A stretch of 64,000 bases of DNA from an uncultured delta proteobacterium (GCA_963806225.1 CAWDXG010000004.1:640001-704000); one strand, 5' to 3'; shown: positions 1 through 11,156, counted from the stretch's first letter. Numbers and translations are program-made. Notes: generated by a model not told the origin, from the sequence alone.

Positions 1-360
1 GGCCGTCGCTGCCGGCTCGTCCTTCTTCTTCTGCTCGCGGGGGACCTGGGCCTGGGCCGGCTCTGGCGCCGCCTGCGGCTTGCCGTTGCCCGGGCCGGGC
101 GCCGGCGCGCCGACACCGCCCTGGAGATCGAATACAACAAGCACCTGTCCGACCGGCACGACTTCGCCGACCTTGGCTCTGAGCTCCGCGATGGTTCCCT
201 GGCGGGGAGCGCCGATGGTGACGGTGGCCTTGTCCGTCATCACCTCGACCATCTCCTGGTCCTCCGAGACCTTGTCGCCCTCCTGGACGAGCCAGTTGAC
301 GATCTCGCCTTCGGTCACGCCTTCGCCGATGTCGGGTAGCTTGAATTCGTACTTTGACAT
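1..360 (-). CDS. 2-oxoacid dehydrogenase E2 (dihydrolipoamide acyltransferase), N-terminal part; runs off window
   Basis: Manual translation from ATG at 360: MSKYEFKLPDIGEGVTEGEIVNWLV...EVMTDKATV (lipoyl domain), followed by a Pro/Ala linker; directly downstream of E1 beta. Confidence 0.93.
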   Translation of the reverse strand, partial: MSKYEFKLPDIGEGVTEGEIVNWLVQEGDKVSEDQEMVEVMTDKATVTIGAPRQGTIAELRAKVGEVVPVGQVLVVFDLQGGVGAPAPGPGNGKPQAAPEPAQAQVPREQKKKDEPAATA

Positions 361-377
361 GAAGGTCTCTCAGCGAC

Positions 378-1352
378 TCAGCTCTGCGCCGCTTCCAGCA
401 TCGCGGGCAGGATGCGGTGGGACAGCGGCAGATATTCCATCTCGAGCGCATACGGGAACGGTGTGTCGAACCCGGTGACCCGCACAGGCGGCGCCTCCAG
501 GTGATAGAACGCCTTTTCGCAAACCAGGCTCACGATCTCGGAGCCGAACCCGCACGTTCGCGGGGCCTCGTGAACCATGACGAGACGGCCCGTCTTCTTG
601 ACGCTGGCCACGATGGTGTCGATGTCGACGGGCCACAAGGTGCGAAGGTCGATCACCTCGCACTCGACGCCCTTTTCCGCGGCCTTCTGCGCCGCGTCGA
701 GCGCCTCGTAGAGCATCGCCCCGTACGCGACGACCGTAACGTGCTGGCCCTCGCGTGCGATGGACGCGCTCGACAGCGGCACCGTGTAGTCGCCTTCGGG
801 CACGTCGCCCTTGGCGGCGCGGTACACCCGCTTCGGCTCGAAGAACATCACGGGGTCCGGATCCTGGATCGACGCGAGCAAGAGCCCCTTGGCGTCGTAG
901 GGGTTCGACGGACACACCACCTTGAGCCCGGCGACGTGGATGAATTGCGCCTCCGGGTGCTGCGAGTGGTAGTGCCCGCCGCGGATGCCGCCGCCCACCG
1001 GCGTGCGGATCACCATCTTGGCCGGATACTCGCCGCCCGAGCGATAGCGATACTTCGCCAGCTCGCTGACGATCTGGTCGTAGGCCGGCCAGATGAAGTC
1101 CGAGAACTGGATCTCGGGGATCGGCACCAGCCCGTACAGGGCCATGCCGACTGCGGTGCCGATGATGCCGCCTTCGCTGAGCGGCGTGTCGATCACGCGA
1201 TCATCACCGAACTCGTCGAAGAGACCGGCCGTGACGCGGAACACTCCGCCGACCTTGCCGACATCCTCGCCCATCAGGACGACCCGGTCGTCCCGGCGCA
1301 TTGCCAGGCGTAGACCGTCGTTGATCGCCTGGACCATGTTCATCTGAGGCAT
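378..1352 (-). CDS. 2-oxoacid (pyruvate/branched-chain) dehydrogenase E1 beta subunit
   Basis: GEDVG..GGVFRVT, DTPLSE, EIQFSDF, GGHYHSQ, FFEPK motifs. Confidence 0.95.
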   Translation of the reverse strand: MPQMNMVQAINDGLRLAMRRDDRVVLMGEDVGKVGGVFRVTAGLFDEFGDDRVIDTPLSEGGIIGTAVGMALYGLVPIPEIQFSDFIWPAYDQIVSELAKYRYRSGGEYPAKMVIRTPVGGGIRGGHYHSQHPEAQFIHVAGLKVVCPSNPYDAKGLLLASIQDPDPVMFFEPKRVYRAAKGDVPEGDYTVPLSSASIAREGQHVTVVAYGAMLYEALDAAQKAAEKGVECEVIDLRTLWPVDIDTIVASVKKTGRLVMVHEAPRTCGFGSEIVSLVCEKAFYHLEAPPVRVTGFDTPFPYALEMEYLPLSHRILPAMLEAAQS

Positions 1353-1405
1353 GGGTGACTCCGCTCCGGACGCGCACCGCCGGCGCGTCCAATTCTACTT
1401 TCCGA

Positions 1406-2530
1406 TCAGTGCGAGGAGGGTGCGCGCGGGCCCGCGAGGAGCTGGGCACGCTGCTCCACAAGGTTCCAGGAGGGCTTCTCGAAGACGTCGTCGAACATCG
1501 TCTCGAGCGCCGGAGCAGGCGCGTGCTCCGCGTTCTCGACCGCCTTGCGGAAGCGCTGGTCGATCTCGCTGCGCAGCTGTTCTTCCTTTTCCTGGTTCCA
1601 CTTGTCGTGATGGACGAGATAACGCGACAGGCGCTCGATTGGGTCCCGTTCGACCCAGGGCTTGAGCTCGTCCTTCTTGCGGTAGGCGTTCGGGTCGTCG
1701 CTCGTCGAGTGACCGCCCATGCGGTACGTGAGCGCCTCGATCATCAACGGGCCCTTCCCGCTTGCCGCGTGCTCGACCGCACGGCGCGTCGCCGAGATGA
1801 CCGCGAACAGGTCGTTGCCGTCGACCCGAATGCCCGGGATGCCATAGGCGACGCCCTTCTCCGCGAAGGTGCGCGACGCCGTCTGCCGCTCCACCGGCAC
1901 GCTGATGGCCCAGCCGTTGTTGCGGCAGAAGAAGATCGTCGGCGCCTTGAACACGCCGGCGAAGTTCATCCCGTTGTGGAACTCGCTGGAGCTCGTCGCG
2001 CCGTCACCGAAATAGACCAGCGTGACCAGGTCCTGCTTCTTGATCTTCGCCGCCCAGGCGAAACCCACGGCCTGCGTCATCTGCGTGCCGATCGGCGAGC
2101 TGATCGAGCCCCAGTGCGCAGCCCGACACGTGTAGTGATCCGGCATCTGGCGGCCCTTGGCCGGGTCGTTGGCGTTGCCGAACATGTTGTCGACGAAGCT
2201 CTGCAGCTCCATGCCGCGCAGAAGCGCCGCACCGAACTCGCGGTAGCAGGGGAAGATCCAGTCGACCTCGCGCATGGCATACGCGGAGCCGATGATGGCG
2301 GCTTCTTCGCCGAGCGAACCAATGTGGAAACCGATGCGGCCCTGCCGCTGCAGGGTCACGAGCCGCTCGTCGACGATGCGGGTGAGCACCATGTGGCGGT
2401 AGAGCTCGATCGTTTCGTCGAGCGAGATACCCGGGTCGTGCTCTTCGTCCAGCGTGCCGTTTTCGTGCAGCACGCGCACGATGCCGTCGTCGGATGCGGG
2501 CGCGGAGAGGGTCTGTGCTGCTGACGTCAT
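1406..2530 (-). CDS. 2-oxoacid dehydrogenase E1 alpha subunit
   Basis: LQRQGRIGF, KGRQMPDHY, TPP motif GDGATS..NN, YRMGGHSTSDDP; start set at MTSAAQ. Confidence 0.95.
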   Translation of the reverse strand: MTSAAQTLSAPASDDGIVRVLHENGTLDEEHDPGISLDETIELYRHMVLTRIVDERLVTLQRQGRIGFHIGSLGEEAAIIGSAYAMREVDWIFPCYREFGAALLRGMELQSFVDNMFGNANDPAKGRQMPDHYTCRAAHWGSISSPIGTQMTQAVGFAWAAKIKKQDLVTLVYFGDGATSSSEFHNGMNFAGVFKAPTIFFCRNNGWAISVPVERQTASRTFAEKGVAYGIPGIRVDGNDLFAVISATRRAVEHAASGKGPLMIEALTYRMGGHSTSDDPNAYRKKDELKPWVERDPIERLSRYLVHHDKWNQEKEEQLRSEIDQRFRKAVENAEHAPAPALETMFDDVFEKPSWNLVEQRAQLLAGPRAPSSH

Positions 2531-2714
2531 GACGTTCCCGATGTGCTGGCGGTCCGGCCGGAATCGCCGTCCGGGCGCGCTTTCGCGGGCGAGCCTAGTC
2601 GAACGCTCCCGCCTGCGTAACCCCTGATACGTCCATCGGGATCGATGCGCCAGTGTGCGGGAAATCAAGCCCCGGAAGCGGTCTGACGCGCCGCATCGAC
2701 AGCGCTGACGTCCG

Positions 2715-3284
2715 TCAGTCCCTGAGCGCGCGCTCCGCCTCGCCGAGCGCGCGCTCCAGCGCGTCCAGGTCGAGCTGGAACTCGCGGGTAAGCTTCTCTA
2801 GAACCGTCCGCTCCTCGGCGCTGACGCCCCCCGAGACGTAGGCCAGGAGCGCAGCCATGCGCAGCACTTCCTCGGCGTGCTCGGGGCGATTGACCGTCCG
2901 CGCGACCATCTGGATGCGCTTGTCGACGCCGTCTTCTTCGAGTTGATCGGCGAGATCGGCGAGCAGCGCCTTGACCTGGGTCTCGGCGACCCGATCCTCG
3001 CACGCCGAGAGCACGACATGCTGGAACGCCTGCTGCTCGGTCGCGTCGAATTCGCCGTCGGCGTGAGCGACGAGAAATGCACTTTCCACCACAGCCTCGA
3101 ACAGCGCAGCTGCGCCCGGATCGAACCCGGTCGGCTGTGTGGCCTCGTCGCCGGTCGGCTTCGAGCCATAGGAAGCAGCAGCTGCGGTGAGCAGCGACCC
3201 CTTGACGGTGTCGCTGGCATAGCTCGGCGGTTCGCCGAGCTTGCTCGCGACCCTGTTGAGCAGGCTCTCATCGGCTACAGGCAT
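2715..3284 (-). CDS. TerB family (tellurite-resistance-like) protein
   Basis: LVAHADGEFDATE and AYVSGGVSAEER duplicated TerB motifs. Confidence 0.8.
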   Translation of the reverse strand: MPVADESLLNRVASKLGEPPSYASDTVKGSLLTAAAASYGSKPTGDEATQPTGFDPGAAALFEAVVESAFLVAHADGEFDATEQQAFQHVVLSACEDRVAETQVKALLADLADQLEEDGVDKRIQMVARTVNRPEHAEEVLRMAALLAYVSGGVSAEERTVLEKLTREFQLDLDALERALGEAERALRD

Positions 3285-3454
3285 GTACAGGAACTCCGGG
3301 AGGGGACGCCGCGAGCGTAACCGAAGTGTCGGCGCGCGTCAGCGGCCAGACGAGGGGTTTTGCGCCGTCCCGTGCCGTCGCCCGCTCCGACTGGAATCCT
3401 CCGCCGGGGCTCGTCCGGATCCCCGGGCACCTCGCCGCTCCCGGCGCGGGCTCG

Positions 3455-4471
3455 CTATCGCTTCGCTTTCGACAGCAGGGCTTCCGGCGGCACGACTCCG
3501 GGCCGACGGGCCGATGCAGCCTGGCCAACGAGCCGTGCCGGAGCGCCCTCGCCCGCCTCGGCCGGCCGGAGCCGGGCCTGCACGAAACCCTCGGCAGCAT
3601 GGTAGCTGGATCGCACCAGCGGGCCCGACGCGACGAAAGCAAAGCCCAGAGCGTAGCCCGCGCGCTCGTAGGCGGCGAAGCGTCCGGGCTCGACGTAGCG
3701 TTCGACCGGCGCATGGCGTGGCGTCGGCCGGAGGTACTGGCCGAGTGTGACGACGTCCACGCCAGCCGCGCGCAGATCCTCCATCGTCTCCTCGACCTCG
3801 TCGTCCGTCTCGCCGATGCCCACCATGATGCTGCTCTTGACGAGGCGCTCCGGCGCCCTCTGCTTGGCGTAGCGGAGCACGTCCAGCGACAGATCGTAGC
3901 TGCAGCGCTGATCGCGGATGAGCGGGGTCAGGCGACGGGTGACCTCGATGTTGTGGGCGAACACGTCGGGAGCGCCGTCCACCATCACGTCGATGTCGGG
4001 TCGGCGTCCGCCGAAATCTCCAACGAGCGTCTCGACCAGCAGCTCCGGCTGGTGCTGGCGCAGGGATTTCACCGCGCGCGCCATATGATCGGCCCCGCCG
4101 TCGATGAGGTCGTCGCGGTCGACCATGGTCAGCACCACGTACTTCAGGCCCAGCGATGCGATGGCCCGGCCCACGTGCTCGGGCTCGCGCGGGTCGACCG
4201 CGCCGCGCGGATTGCCGGTGGTCACCGCGCAGAAGCGGCAGCCCCGCGTGCACATGTGCCCGAGCAGCATCACCGTGGCGGTGCCCGCGCCCCAGCACTC
4301 GCCCACGTTCGGACAGCGCGCTTCCTCGCAAACCGTGAACAGGTCCAGACCGCGCAGGGTCTGTTTGAGCCGGGCGTAGCTCTCGCCGCCGGGAGCGCGC
4401 ACTTTCAGCCAGTCCGGCTTGCGCTCGCGCGGGACCGGGCCCGCCGGCGCGGGCTGCTCCTGATCAGTCAC
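3455..4471 (-). CDS. lipA: lipoyl synthase
   Basis: CEEARCPNVGEC, CTRGCRFC radical SAM motif, RSSYHA. Confidence 0.97.
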   Translation of the reverse strand: MTDQEQPAPAGPVPRERKPDWLKVRAPGGESYARLKQTLRGLDLFTVCEEARCPNVGECWGAGTATVMLLGHMCTRGCRFCAVTTGNPRGAVDPREPEHVGRAIASLGLKYVVLTMVDRDDLIDGGADHMARAVKSLRQHQPELLVETLVGDFGGRRPDIDVMVDGAPDVFAHNIEVTRRLTPLIRDQRCSYDLSLDVLRYAKQRAPERLVKSSIMVGIGETDDEVEETMEDLRAAGVDVVTLGQYLRPTPRHAPVERYVEPGRFAAYERAGYALGFAFVASGPLVRSSYHAAEGFVQARLRPAEAGEGAPARLVGQAASARRPGVVPPEALLSKAKR

Positions 4472-4511
4472 GGCGCTAGCCTAGTGTCCGGCAACGAGCC
4501 CCGCAATCCCG

Positions 4512-5555
4512 TCAGCCGGTCGAAAGTCGCCGGATGGCGTCGGGACCCACGGGATCGATCACCCCCCGCTCGGTGAAGATCGCGCTGACGAGCCGGGCGG
4601 GCGTCACGTCGAAGGAGGGGTTTCTCGCGTGCACGCCCTCAGGCGAAAGTCGCCGATCGCCCAGGTGCGTCACCTCGCGCTCGCTGCGTTCCTCGATCGG
4701 GATCGCATCGCCCGACGGACACTGCTCGTCCACCGTGCTCCAGGGCGCCGCGACGTAGAACGGACGGTCGTGCAGCCGCGCCAGGCACGCCACCGAATAG
4801 GTCCCGATCTTGTTGGCCACGTCGCCGTTCTGCGCGATGCGGTCGGAGCCGACGACGGCCAGGTCGATGACCCCGCGCGCGAAGAACGAGCCAGCGCTGT
4901 TGTCGGTGATCAGCTCCACGTCGATGCCGTCGCGCACAAGCTCCCAGGTCGTCAGCCGCGCGCCCTGCAGGTACGGCCGTGTCTCGTCGGCCAGCACGCT
5001 GACCTTCTTGCCCGCGTCGCGTGCCGCGCGGATTACGCCCAGCGCCGTGCCGTAGCCGCCCGTCGCCAGCGCGCCGGCGTTGCAGTGCGTGAGGATGGTC
5101 GCGCCGTCGGGCACGCGCTCGGCGCCGAGCCGGCCCATGCTGCGGTTCGCCTGCACATCGTCGGCGTGGATGCGGCGCGCCTCCGCCGCGAGCAGCTCGA
5201 CCCGACCCGCGCTGTCGCCCTGCCGGGCGACGGCGAGCATGCGATCGACGGCCCAGGCCAGGTTCACGGCGGTGGGACGCGCGGCCTTGAGCCGCTCGCC
5301 CGCGGCTTCGAGTGGCTCGCCCGCGCGCGCCGCCAGCACCATGCCGTAGGCCGCCGCGATGCCGATGGCCGGCGCGCCGCGCACAATCATGTCGCGGATG
5401 GCGACCGCCACGCCGTCCACGTCCTCGACCACCACGTAGTGTTCGTCGACCGGCAACAGCCGCTGCTCGAGCATCACGACCGAAGCGTTGTCCGGCATCA
5501 GCTCCACTGCCGAGTAGTCGCTGCCGCTCAGGGGGTTGGGGTGGGGCAATCGCAT
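4512..5555 (-). CDS. mtnA: S-methyl-5-thioribose-1-phosphate isomerase
   Basis: [52 protein letters not shown] overlaps gatB stop (TGATG). Confidence 0.95.
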   Translation of the reverse strand: MRLPHPNPLSGSDYSAVELMPDNASVVMLEQRLLPVDEHYVVVEDVDGVAVAIRDMIVRGAPAIGIAAAYGMVLAARAGEPLEAAGERLKAARPTAVNLAWAVDRMLAVARQGDSAGRVELLAAEARRIHADDVQANRSMGRLGAERVPDGATILTHCNAGALATGGYGTALGVIRAARDAGKKVSVLADETRPYLQGARLTTWELVRDGIDVELITDNSAGSFFARGVIDLAVVGSDRIAQNGDVANKIGTYSVACLARLHDRPFYVAAPWSTVDEQCPSGDAIPIEERSEREVTHLGDRRLSPEGVHARNPSFDVTPARLVSAIFTERGVIDPVGPDAIRRLSTG

Positions 5556-6994
5556 CAGCTCTCTCCATTCTCGAGCAAGCGCTGGAACAGGCTGCTGACC
5601 AGCTTCGGATCGGCCGAGCCGCGCGTTTCCTTCATGACGCGCCCGACGAAGAAACCGAGTACGCCCTTCTTGCCTCCCCGGACAGCTGCCGCCTCCTTGG
5701 GATGCGCCTCCACGAGCCGCTGGCAGAGCGGGAGCAACTCGCTCTCGTCGCCGACCACGCGCATGCCGCGCTCCTCGACCACGGCGCGCGGCATGCGCTC
5801 GCTGCCTTCGAGCAGGGCCTGCACTTCCTTGGCCTGCTTGCCGCTGATCGCGCCCTCGTCGACCAGCGAGAGCAGCTCCGCCACCTGCGTGGGCGTCACG
5901 CTGAAGCTGGCTTGCAGCCCGTGCGTAGTCAGGCCGCGCAGCACCTCGGTCTGGATCCAGTTCGCCGCCTTGACCGCCTCCGGGTAGTGCTCGAGCACCT
6001 GCTCGAAGAAGCGCGCTACGGCCGGATGCTGCGTGAGCGTGTGCGCCGCCTGCTCCCCGAGGCCGAGCTCGGCGACCCAGCGCCGGCGCCGCGCGGCGGG
6101 CAGCTCCCCTACCCCGAGGCGCGCGGCGTCGACCAGCGCGTCGGGGATCACCAGCGGCGGCAGATCCGGCTCGGGGAAGTAGCGGTAGTCGTGTGCCTCT
6201 TCCTTCGAGCGCAGCGTGCGCGTGGTGCCCGTGGCCGGGTCGAAGCTGCGCGTCTCCTGCGTCACCGTTCCGCCGCTCTCGACCAGCGCCGTCTGGCGCG
6301 CGATCTCGACCTCGATGGCGCGTTCCACGAAGCGGAAGGAGTTCAGGTTCTTCAGCTCCGCTCGCGTACCGAGCTTCTCCTCGCCGCGCGATCGGATGGA
6401 CACGTTGGCGTCGCAGCGGAAGCTCCCCTCCTCCAGGTTTCCGTCGTTCACGCCGATCGACACCAGGATCTCGCGCAGCGCCCTGAGATACGCCGCGGCC
6501 TCGGCACCGCTCCGGAGATCCGGCTCTCCCACGATCTCGATGAGCGGCGTGCCGGCGCGGTTGAGATCGACCAGCGACTGCCCGCCCACGCCGTGCACGT
6601 TCTTGCCGGCGTCCTCCTCCATGTGCACGCGCGTGATGCCCGCCCGCTTCACGCCGCCGTCGATCTCCACGTCGAGATGGCCGTGCTGGCTGAACGGCTG
6701 CTCGTACTGGCTCACCTGGTAGCCCTTCGGCAGGTCCGGGTAGAAGTAGTTCTTGCGGGCAAAGATGCTGCGCTGGTTGATGTGGCAACCGAGAGCGAGC
6801 GCCGCCCGCACCGCGTACTCCACCGCGCGGCGGTTGATGACGGGCAGCGCTCCGGGCAGGCCCAGGCACACCGGGCACACATTCTCGTTCGGGCGCTCGC
6901 CGAAGCTGGTCGAGCAGGCGCAGAACAGCTTGCTCCGGGTGAGCAGCTGCGCGTGGACCTCCAGCCCGATGACCGCTTCGAACTCTGCGCTCAC
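5555..6994 (-). CDS. gatB: Asp-tRNA(Asn)/Glu-tRNA(Gln) amidotransferase subunit B
   Basis: [48 protein letters not shown] start at 6994. Confidence 0.97.
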   Translation of the reverse strand: MSAEFEAVIGLEVHAQLLTRSKLFCACSTSFGERPNENVCPVCLGLPGALPVINRRAVEYAVRAALALGCHINQRSIFARKNYFYPDLPKGYQVSQYEQPFSQHGHLDVEIDGGVKRAGITRVHMEEDAGKNVHGVGGQSLVDLNRAGTPLIEIVGEPDLRSGAEAAAYLRALREILVSIGVNDGNLEEGSFRCDANVSIRSRGEEKLGTRAELKNLNSFRFVERAIEVEIARQTALVESGGTVTQETRSFDPATGTTRTLRSKEEAHDYRYFPEPDLPPLVIPDALVDAARLGVGELPAARRRRWVAELGLGEQAAHTLTQHPAVARFFEQVLEHYPEAVKAANWIQTEVLRGLTTHGLQASFSVTPTQVAELLSLVDEGAISGKQAKEVQALLEGSERMPRAVVEERGMRVVGDESELLPLCQRLVEAHPKEAAAVRGGKKGVLGFFVGRVMKETRGSADPKLVSSLFQRLLENGES

Positions 6995-7039
6995 GGCCTT
7001 CTCATATCCCGCTATCGCAGCCGGCGCCCGCCGCGGACC

Positions 7040-7075
7040 GTGTCGAAATGCCGCAAAAGTGTGGCATTTCGACAC
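7040..7075 (-). terminator. stem-loop immediately after nuoI stop (terminator or mRNA-stabilising hairpin)
   Basis: Perfect 13-bp inverted repeat GTGTCGAAATGCC (7040-7052) / GGCATTTCGACAC (7063-7075); no U-tract. Confidence 0.55.
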
Positions 7076-7078
7076 AGG

Positions 7079-7729
7079 CTAGTGATGCTTCTCGCGAGTG
7101 ACGCCGGCGAAGCCCTTCTCGCCCGGCTCCTTGCGCGGATTTTCGGTCTCCTGCGAGCCATCCCGGCCGTGGAAGCTCATCAAGAGGTCCTTGTCGAAGA
7201 TGAACTGATCGCGAGAGTCGTACGGCGCCGCGTGCACGCCGGTGTCCATACGGATGGCGTCGCACGGGCACGCCTCCACGCAGAAGCCACAGAAGATGCA
7301 GCGCAGTTCGTCGATGACGAAGCGCGCGGGATAGCGCTCGTAGCCATGGCGCGGATCCCCCTCGGGATACTCCGCCGCTTCGATATGGATGCACTGCGCA
7401 GGACAGGCCGTCGAGCAGCACAGACACGCCACGCAGCGCGGCGAACCGTCGTGGCGGTGGGTCAGACGATGCACGCCGCGGAAGCGCGTGGGATACGGCC
7501 GCCGCTGCTCGGGATAGCTGATGGTGTTGATGCCGTCCTCGATGCTCTCCAGCACCGGATCCGGCCGCTGCCCGAACGCCATCTCCTTCGTGTTCTTGAA
7601 GAAGTGCTTCATCGCGATGCCGAGGCCGCGCGAGATCTCCGGAATGTAGGCCTGCACGCGCCCGCTGCGCGCCGGGCGCGGTATCGGCGTGCCGACGACC
7701 TTGCGCGGTCCGAGCGGTCCTGTCGTCAT
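7079..7729 (-). CDS. nuoI: NADH-quinone oxidoreductase subunit I
   Basis: TISYPEQ..RFRGVH, CVACLCCSTACP and CIFCGFCVEACP motifs; follows nuoH. Confidence 0.95.
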   Translation of the reverse strand: MTTGPLGPRKVVGTPIPRPARSGRVQAYIPEISRGLGIAMKHFFKNTKEMAFGQRPDPVLESIEDGINTISYPEQRRPYPTRFRGVHRLTHRHDGSPRCVACLCCSTACPAQCIHIEAAEYPEGDPRHGYERYPARFVIDELRCIFCGFCVEACPCDAIRMDTGVHAAPYDSRDQFIFDKDLLMSFHGRDGSQETENPRKEPGEKGFAGVTREKHH

Positions 7730-7739
7730 CGTGTTCTCC

Positions 7740-9518
7740 TCATGCTCCCATGCGCGCAGAACGGGTACCGCCCCGCGCCGCTGCGAACTGCGCGGACGTG
7801 CTGGCCAGCATGCGTCGCTTCTTCACCGGCTTGATCAGGAACAGCACGAGCCAGACCGCCAGACCGATCGTCGCGGCCGCCACCACGAGCATCGACAGAT
7901 GCGCGAGCATGTCGAGACCCGCGAGAGTCGACGCGCCGCCCGACTGCAGTGCCAGGATCACCAGGCCGGTTGCCAGGATGTTCAAGAGCGCGGCCGGCAG
8001 GAGCTTGCGCCAGCCAAGCCGCATCAGCTGGTCGTAGCGGAAGCGTGGCAGGGTCCAGCGGATGGTGATCTGCAGCCAGCACAGCGCACAGACCTTGAAG
8101 ATGAAGGCGCAGACGCCGATGAGCACGACCGTGATCTGCGTGAGCGGCTGCGTGAAGACCAGCGTGTTGCCGATCACGACGTGGAAGCCGTCGCGGAACA
8201 GGAACGGGACGTGCCAGCCACCGAAGAAGAGCGTGGTCATCAGCGCACTGGCCGTCACGACCGTGACGTACTCCGCGAAGAAGAACATCGCGAACTTCAT
8301 TCCGGAGTACTCGGTGTAGTAGCCGGCTACGAGCTCGCTCTCGCCCTCGGGCAGGTCGAACGGGATGCGCTTCGATTCCGCCACCGCCGCGGCGAAGAAC
8401 AGGAAGAATGCCAGGGGCTGCACGAAGATCCCCCAGGTGTGCTCGGCCTGCCAACGCACCATGTCGTCGAGGCGGAGGGTGCCGTAGACCATCAGCGTGC
8501 CGATGATGGTCAGCCCCATGGCGACCTCGTAGGAGACCATCTGGCTGGCAGCGCGCAGCCCGCCGAGCAGGCTGAACTTGTTGTCGCTCGACCAACCTGC
8601 CAGCGCCGCGCCCACGATACCGGTGCCGGCCAGGGCGAAGAAGTAGAGGATGCCGACGTTCAGATCGAGGCCCTGCATCTTCACCGCGCCGTCGACGCAC
8701 ACGCCTTCCGCCGGCACCATCCTGAGCAGGTGCCCGTAGTCGATGTGGCCGTTCTTCGTGGCGAAACACAGCGTGTCGCCGAACGGCACCACCGCCATCA
8801 CTACCAGTACGGGGAAGAACGAGATGATCGGCGCCAGGCTGTGCAGGAAGCGGTCTGCACCGGGAGGGATGAAGTCCTCCTTGAACAGCGCCTTGAGGCC
8901 GTCGGCCGCCGGGTGCAGAAGACCGATCAGGCGGATGCCGACGCGCTCATCGTTGCGCACGCTGTAGGCCGAGTAGAACGCGCCGAACAGGATCGTCGCC
9001 GCCAGCACTGCCGCGCCGCCAAAGTAGGCGAAATCCCGGATCTGCCGGCCGGGCGGCGTCCCCTTCAGCACCACGGCGACCACGAAACTGACCGCGTGCG
9101 CGGCGAGGCCGGCGTAGAAGATGCGGCGCGGATCGCCGATCCACTGGATGAAGCCGTCGAAGCTGTTGCGCACCCCGCGCGAATCGATGCGCCGGGCGAT
9201 CACCAGCCCGGTGGCCCAGATGAGGAAGATCGCCAGCTGGCTGAAGAACACCGCGCGATCGGTGCGATCGGCCGGCAGCGGCTTTTCCACGATGACGTAC
9301 GCGATGATGCCGGCGGCGATGGCCAGCGCCGGGAGCACCGCCAGCGCCTGCGCCACCGCACGCGGCAGCCACATCACCGCCCGATTGGGGCCCACGCGGT
9401 CGGCGATGACGGCGCCCTGGCGGCGATCCACCCACGTGAGCAGCACGCCCAGAAGCATGCCGAACATCACGACGACGACCGCCTTGATGACGAAGACGAC
9501 GATGGCTCCTACGGTCAT
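7740..9518 (-). CDS. nuoH: NADH-quinone oxidoreductase subunit H (long form with insertion)
   Basis: DRVGPNR, ADGLKALFKED, GWSSDNKFSLLGGLRAASQMVSYE, PFDLPEGESELVAGY, RWTLPRFRYDQLM. Confidence 0.95.
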   Translation of the reverse strand: MTVGAIVVFVIKAVVVVMFGMLLGVLLTWVDRRQGAVIADRVGPNRAVMWLPRAVAQALAVLPALAIAAGIIAYVIVEKPLPADRTDRAVFFSQLAIFLIWATGLVIARRIDSRGVRNSFDGFIQWIGDPRRIFYAGLAAHAVSFVVAVVLKGTPPGRQIRDFAYFGGAAVLAATILFGAFYSAYSVRNDERVGIRLIGLLHPAADGLKALFKEDFIPPGADRFLHSLAPIISFFPVLVVMAVVPFGDTLCFATKNGHIDYGHLLRMVPAEGVCVDGAVKMQGLDLNVGILYFFALAGTGIVGAALAGWSSDNKFSLLGGLRAASQMVSYEVAMGLTIIGTLMVYGTLRLDDMVRWQAEHTWGIFVQPLAFFLFFAAAVAESKRIPFDLPEGESELVAGYYTEYSGMKFAMFFFAEYVTVVTASALMTTLFFGGWHVPFLFRDGFHVVIGNTLVFTQPLTQITVVLIGVCAFIFKVCALCWLQITIRWTLPRFRYDQLMRLGWRKLLPAALLNILATGLVILALQSGGASTLAGLDMLAHLSMLVVAAATIGLAVWLVLFLIKPVKKRRMLASTSAQFAAARGGTRSARMGA

Positions 9519-11130
9519 CCAGCTGCTCCCGCTTGCTCGGCAGAGGCCCCAGGGCCCGCCAGCGCAGCGCCCGCTTCAGGCGCCATCGCGCCGCGGACAT
9601 CCTTCAGCTTCTTCCAGCTCATCGGATAGCCCATGCTGCGGCCGAGCTCGGCCACGAGCTTCCAGCCCGGTTTCGAATCGCCGAGCGGGCGGATAGCGCG
9701 TTCGCTCTCCTGCGCCCTGCCCTGCGCGTTGACGAACGTCCCGTCGGACTCCGCCCAGCTGCTGACCGGCAGCACGACCCCGGCGTGTTCCGCGAAGGGC
9801 CCCTCGTGCGTTGCCAGCGCCACGATCCCCTGGGCCTTCCCCAGCGCATCGGCAAGCGCCGGGTCGGCGGCGTAGGAGCCGAGCACCAGCACGTGGCTCA
9901 GCTTCTTCGCCTCGAGCGCCGCCACCAGATCCGCGAACGAGCCGGGCGGGCTGCTGGTCGACAGGGCCGTCGCCCCTGCCGTATTCGGATTCTTGTCGGT
10001 GTGGCGCAGGATGTCGTCGCCAACGCCGGGCGCCTTGCCCGACAAGAACAGGTTGCCGGCGCCCATGTAGTCCCGCGCCAGCGTGAGCAGCGCGAAGTTG
10101 TCCTCGTTCGAGTGCTGGGCGCTGAGCACGACGCCCACCGCATCCGGGTCGACTCCGCGGAGCAGCTTGGCGGCCTTCTCCAGGGCCTTCTCGTAGGCCG
10201 CCGCCTTGCCCGCCACGCGCGCCTCGAGCACGCGGTCTTCGTGGATGCGCGCGTAGTCGAGCATGCCCTCGTCGCACATCCAGTACTTGTTGACCTCGAG
10301 GTTTTCCCGCGGGCGGTAGCGGTACACCTTGTCGTAGCGCGGGTCGTAGTCCGTGAAGGAGTTGCAACCGGTGGCGCAACCCACGCAGACCGTCCGCGCG
10401 GTCCGGAGGAACCACACCCGCGCCTTGAAACGGAAGTCCTTGCTGGTGAGCGCCCCGACGGGGCACACGTACTCGGTCATCAGCGTGTAGGCGTGGTCGA
10501 GCTGGCGCCCGGCGAGAGCACGATCTCTCCCAGGTTGCCGCGCTCGCGCTTGTCCAGCACCGGGTCCTTGGCCAGCTCGGCGCTGACGCGCACGCAGCGC
10601 GTGCACACGATGCAGCGCTCGGCGTCGTAGACCATGGTCGGACCGAAGCTCTGCGCCTTCGGCATGTGGATGATCTCGTCGTGCATCCGCTTCGGCGAGT
10701 GCTGGTGCTCGAGCCAGTAGTCCTGCAGCCGGCACTCGCCCGCCTGGTCGCAGATCGGGCAGTCCACCGGGTGGTTCAGAAGCAGCATCTCCTGCACCGA
10801 GTGCCGCGCGCGGGCCACGTGCTCGCTCGACTCGCTGAAGACCTGCATGCCTTCAGCCACCTGCATCTGGCAGGCGGGCTGCAGCTTCGGCTTCTTTTCC
10901 TGGACGTAGTCCTGCTTTTCCGGGTCCCACCTGACCACGTCCAGCATCAGTGGTCTGCGTCCGGGGGGAGGAGCGACTTCCACCAGACACATGCGGCAGT
11001 TGGCTGCCACACTCAGGCCGGGATGCCAGCAGTAGTGCGGGATATCGATCCCCTGGCGGTGGGCCGCCCGGATGATCGTGTCGCCCGGCTCGAAGGGGAT
11101 CTCGCGGTCGTCCAGTTTGAACGTAGGCAC
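9515..11130 (-). CDS. nuoG: NADH-quinone oxidoreductase subunit G (short form), split by a 1-nt frameshift near 10508-10512
   Basis: N-part (11130 to ~10510): IPHYCWHPGL, NCRMC, HPVDCPICDQAGEC, CIVCTRC. C-part in another frame: VCPVGALTSKDFRFKARVW, CVGCATGC..WMCDEG. Adding one base gives LSPGRQLDHAYTLMTEYVCPVGAL. Confidence 0.9.
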
Positions 11131-11156
11131 CTAGCAAACCCTCACGTGGCCGCTCC

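Noticed and set aside
4512..6878. Apparent 788-aa MtnA fusion in the ORF track (similarly 40568-43105, 56717-59425 and 19122-20498)
   Set aside because: The upstream portions are off-frame readings of the preceding gene; the true starts lie at or shortly after its stop
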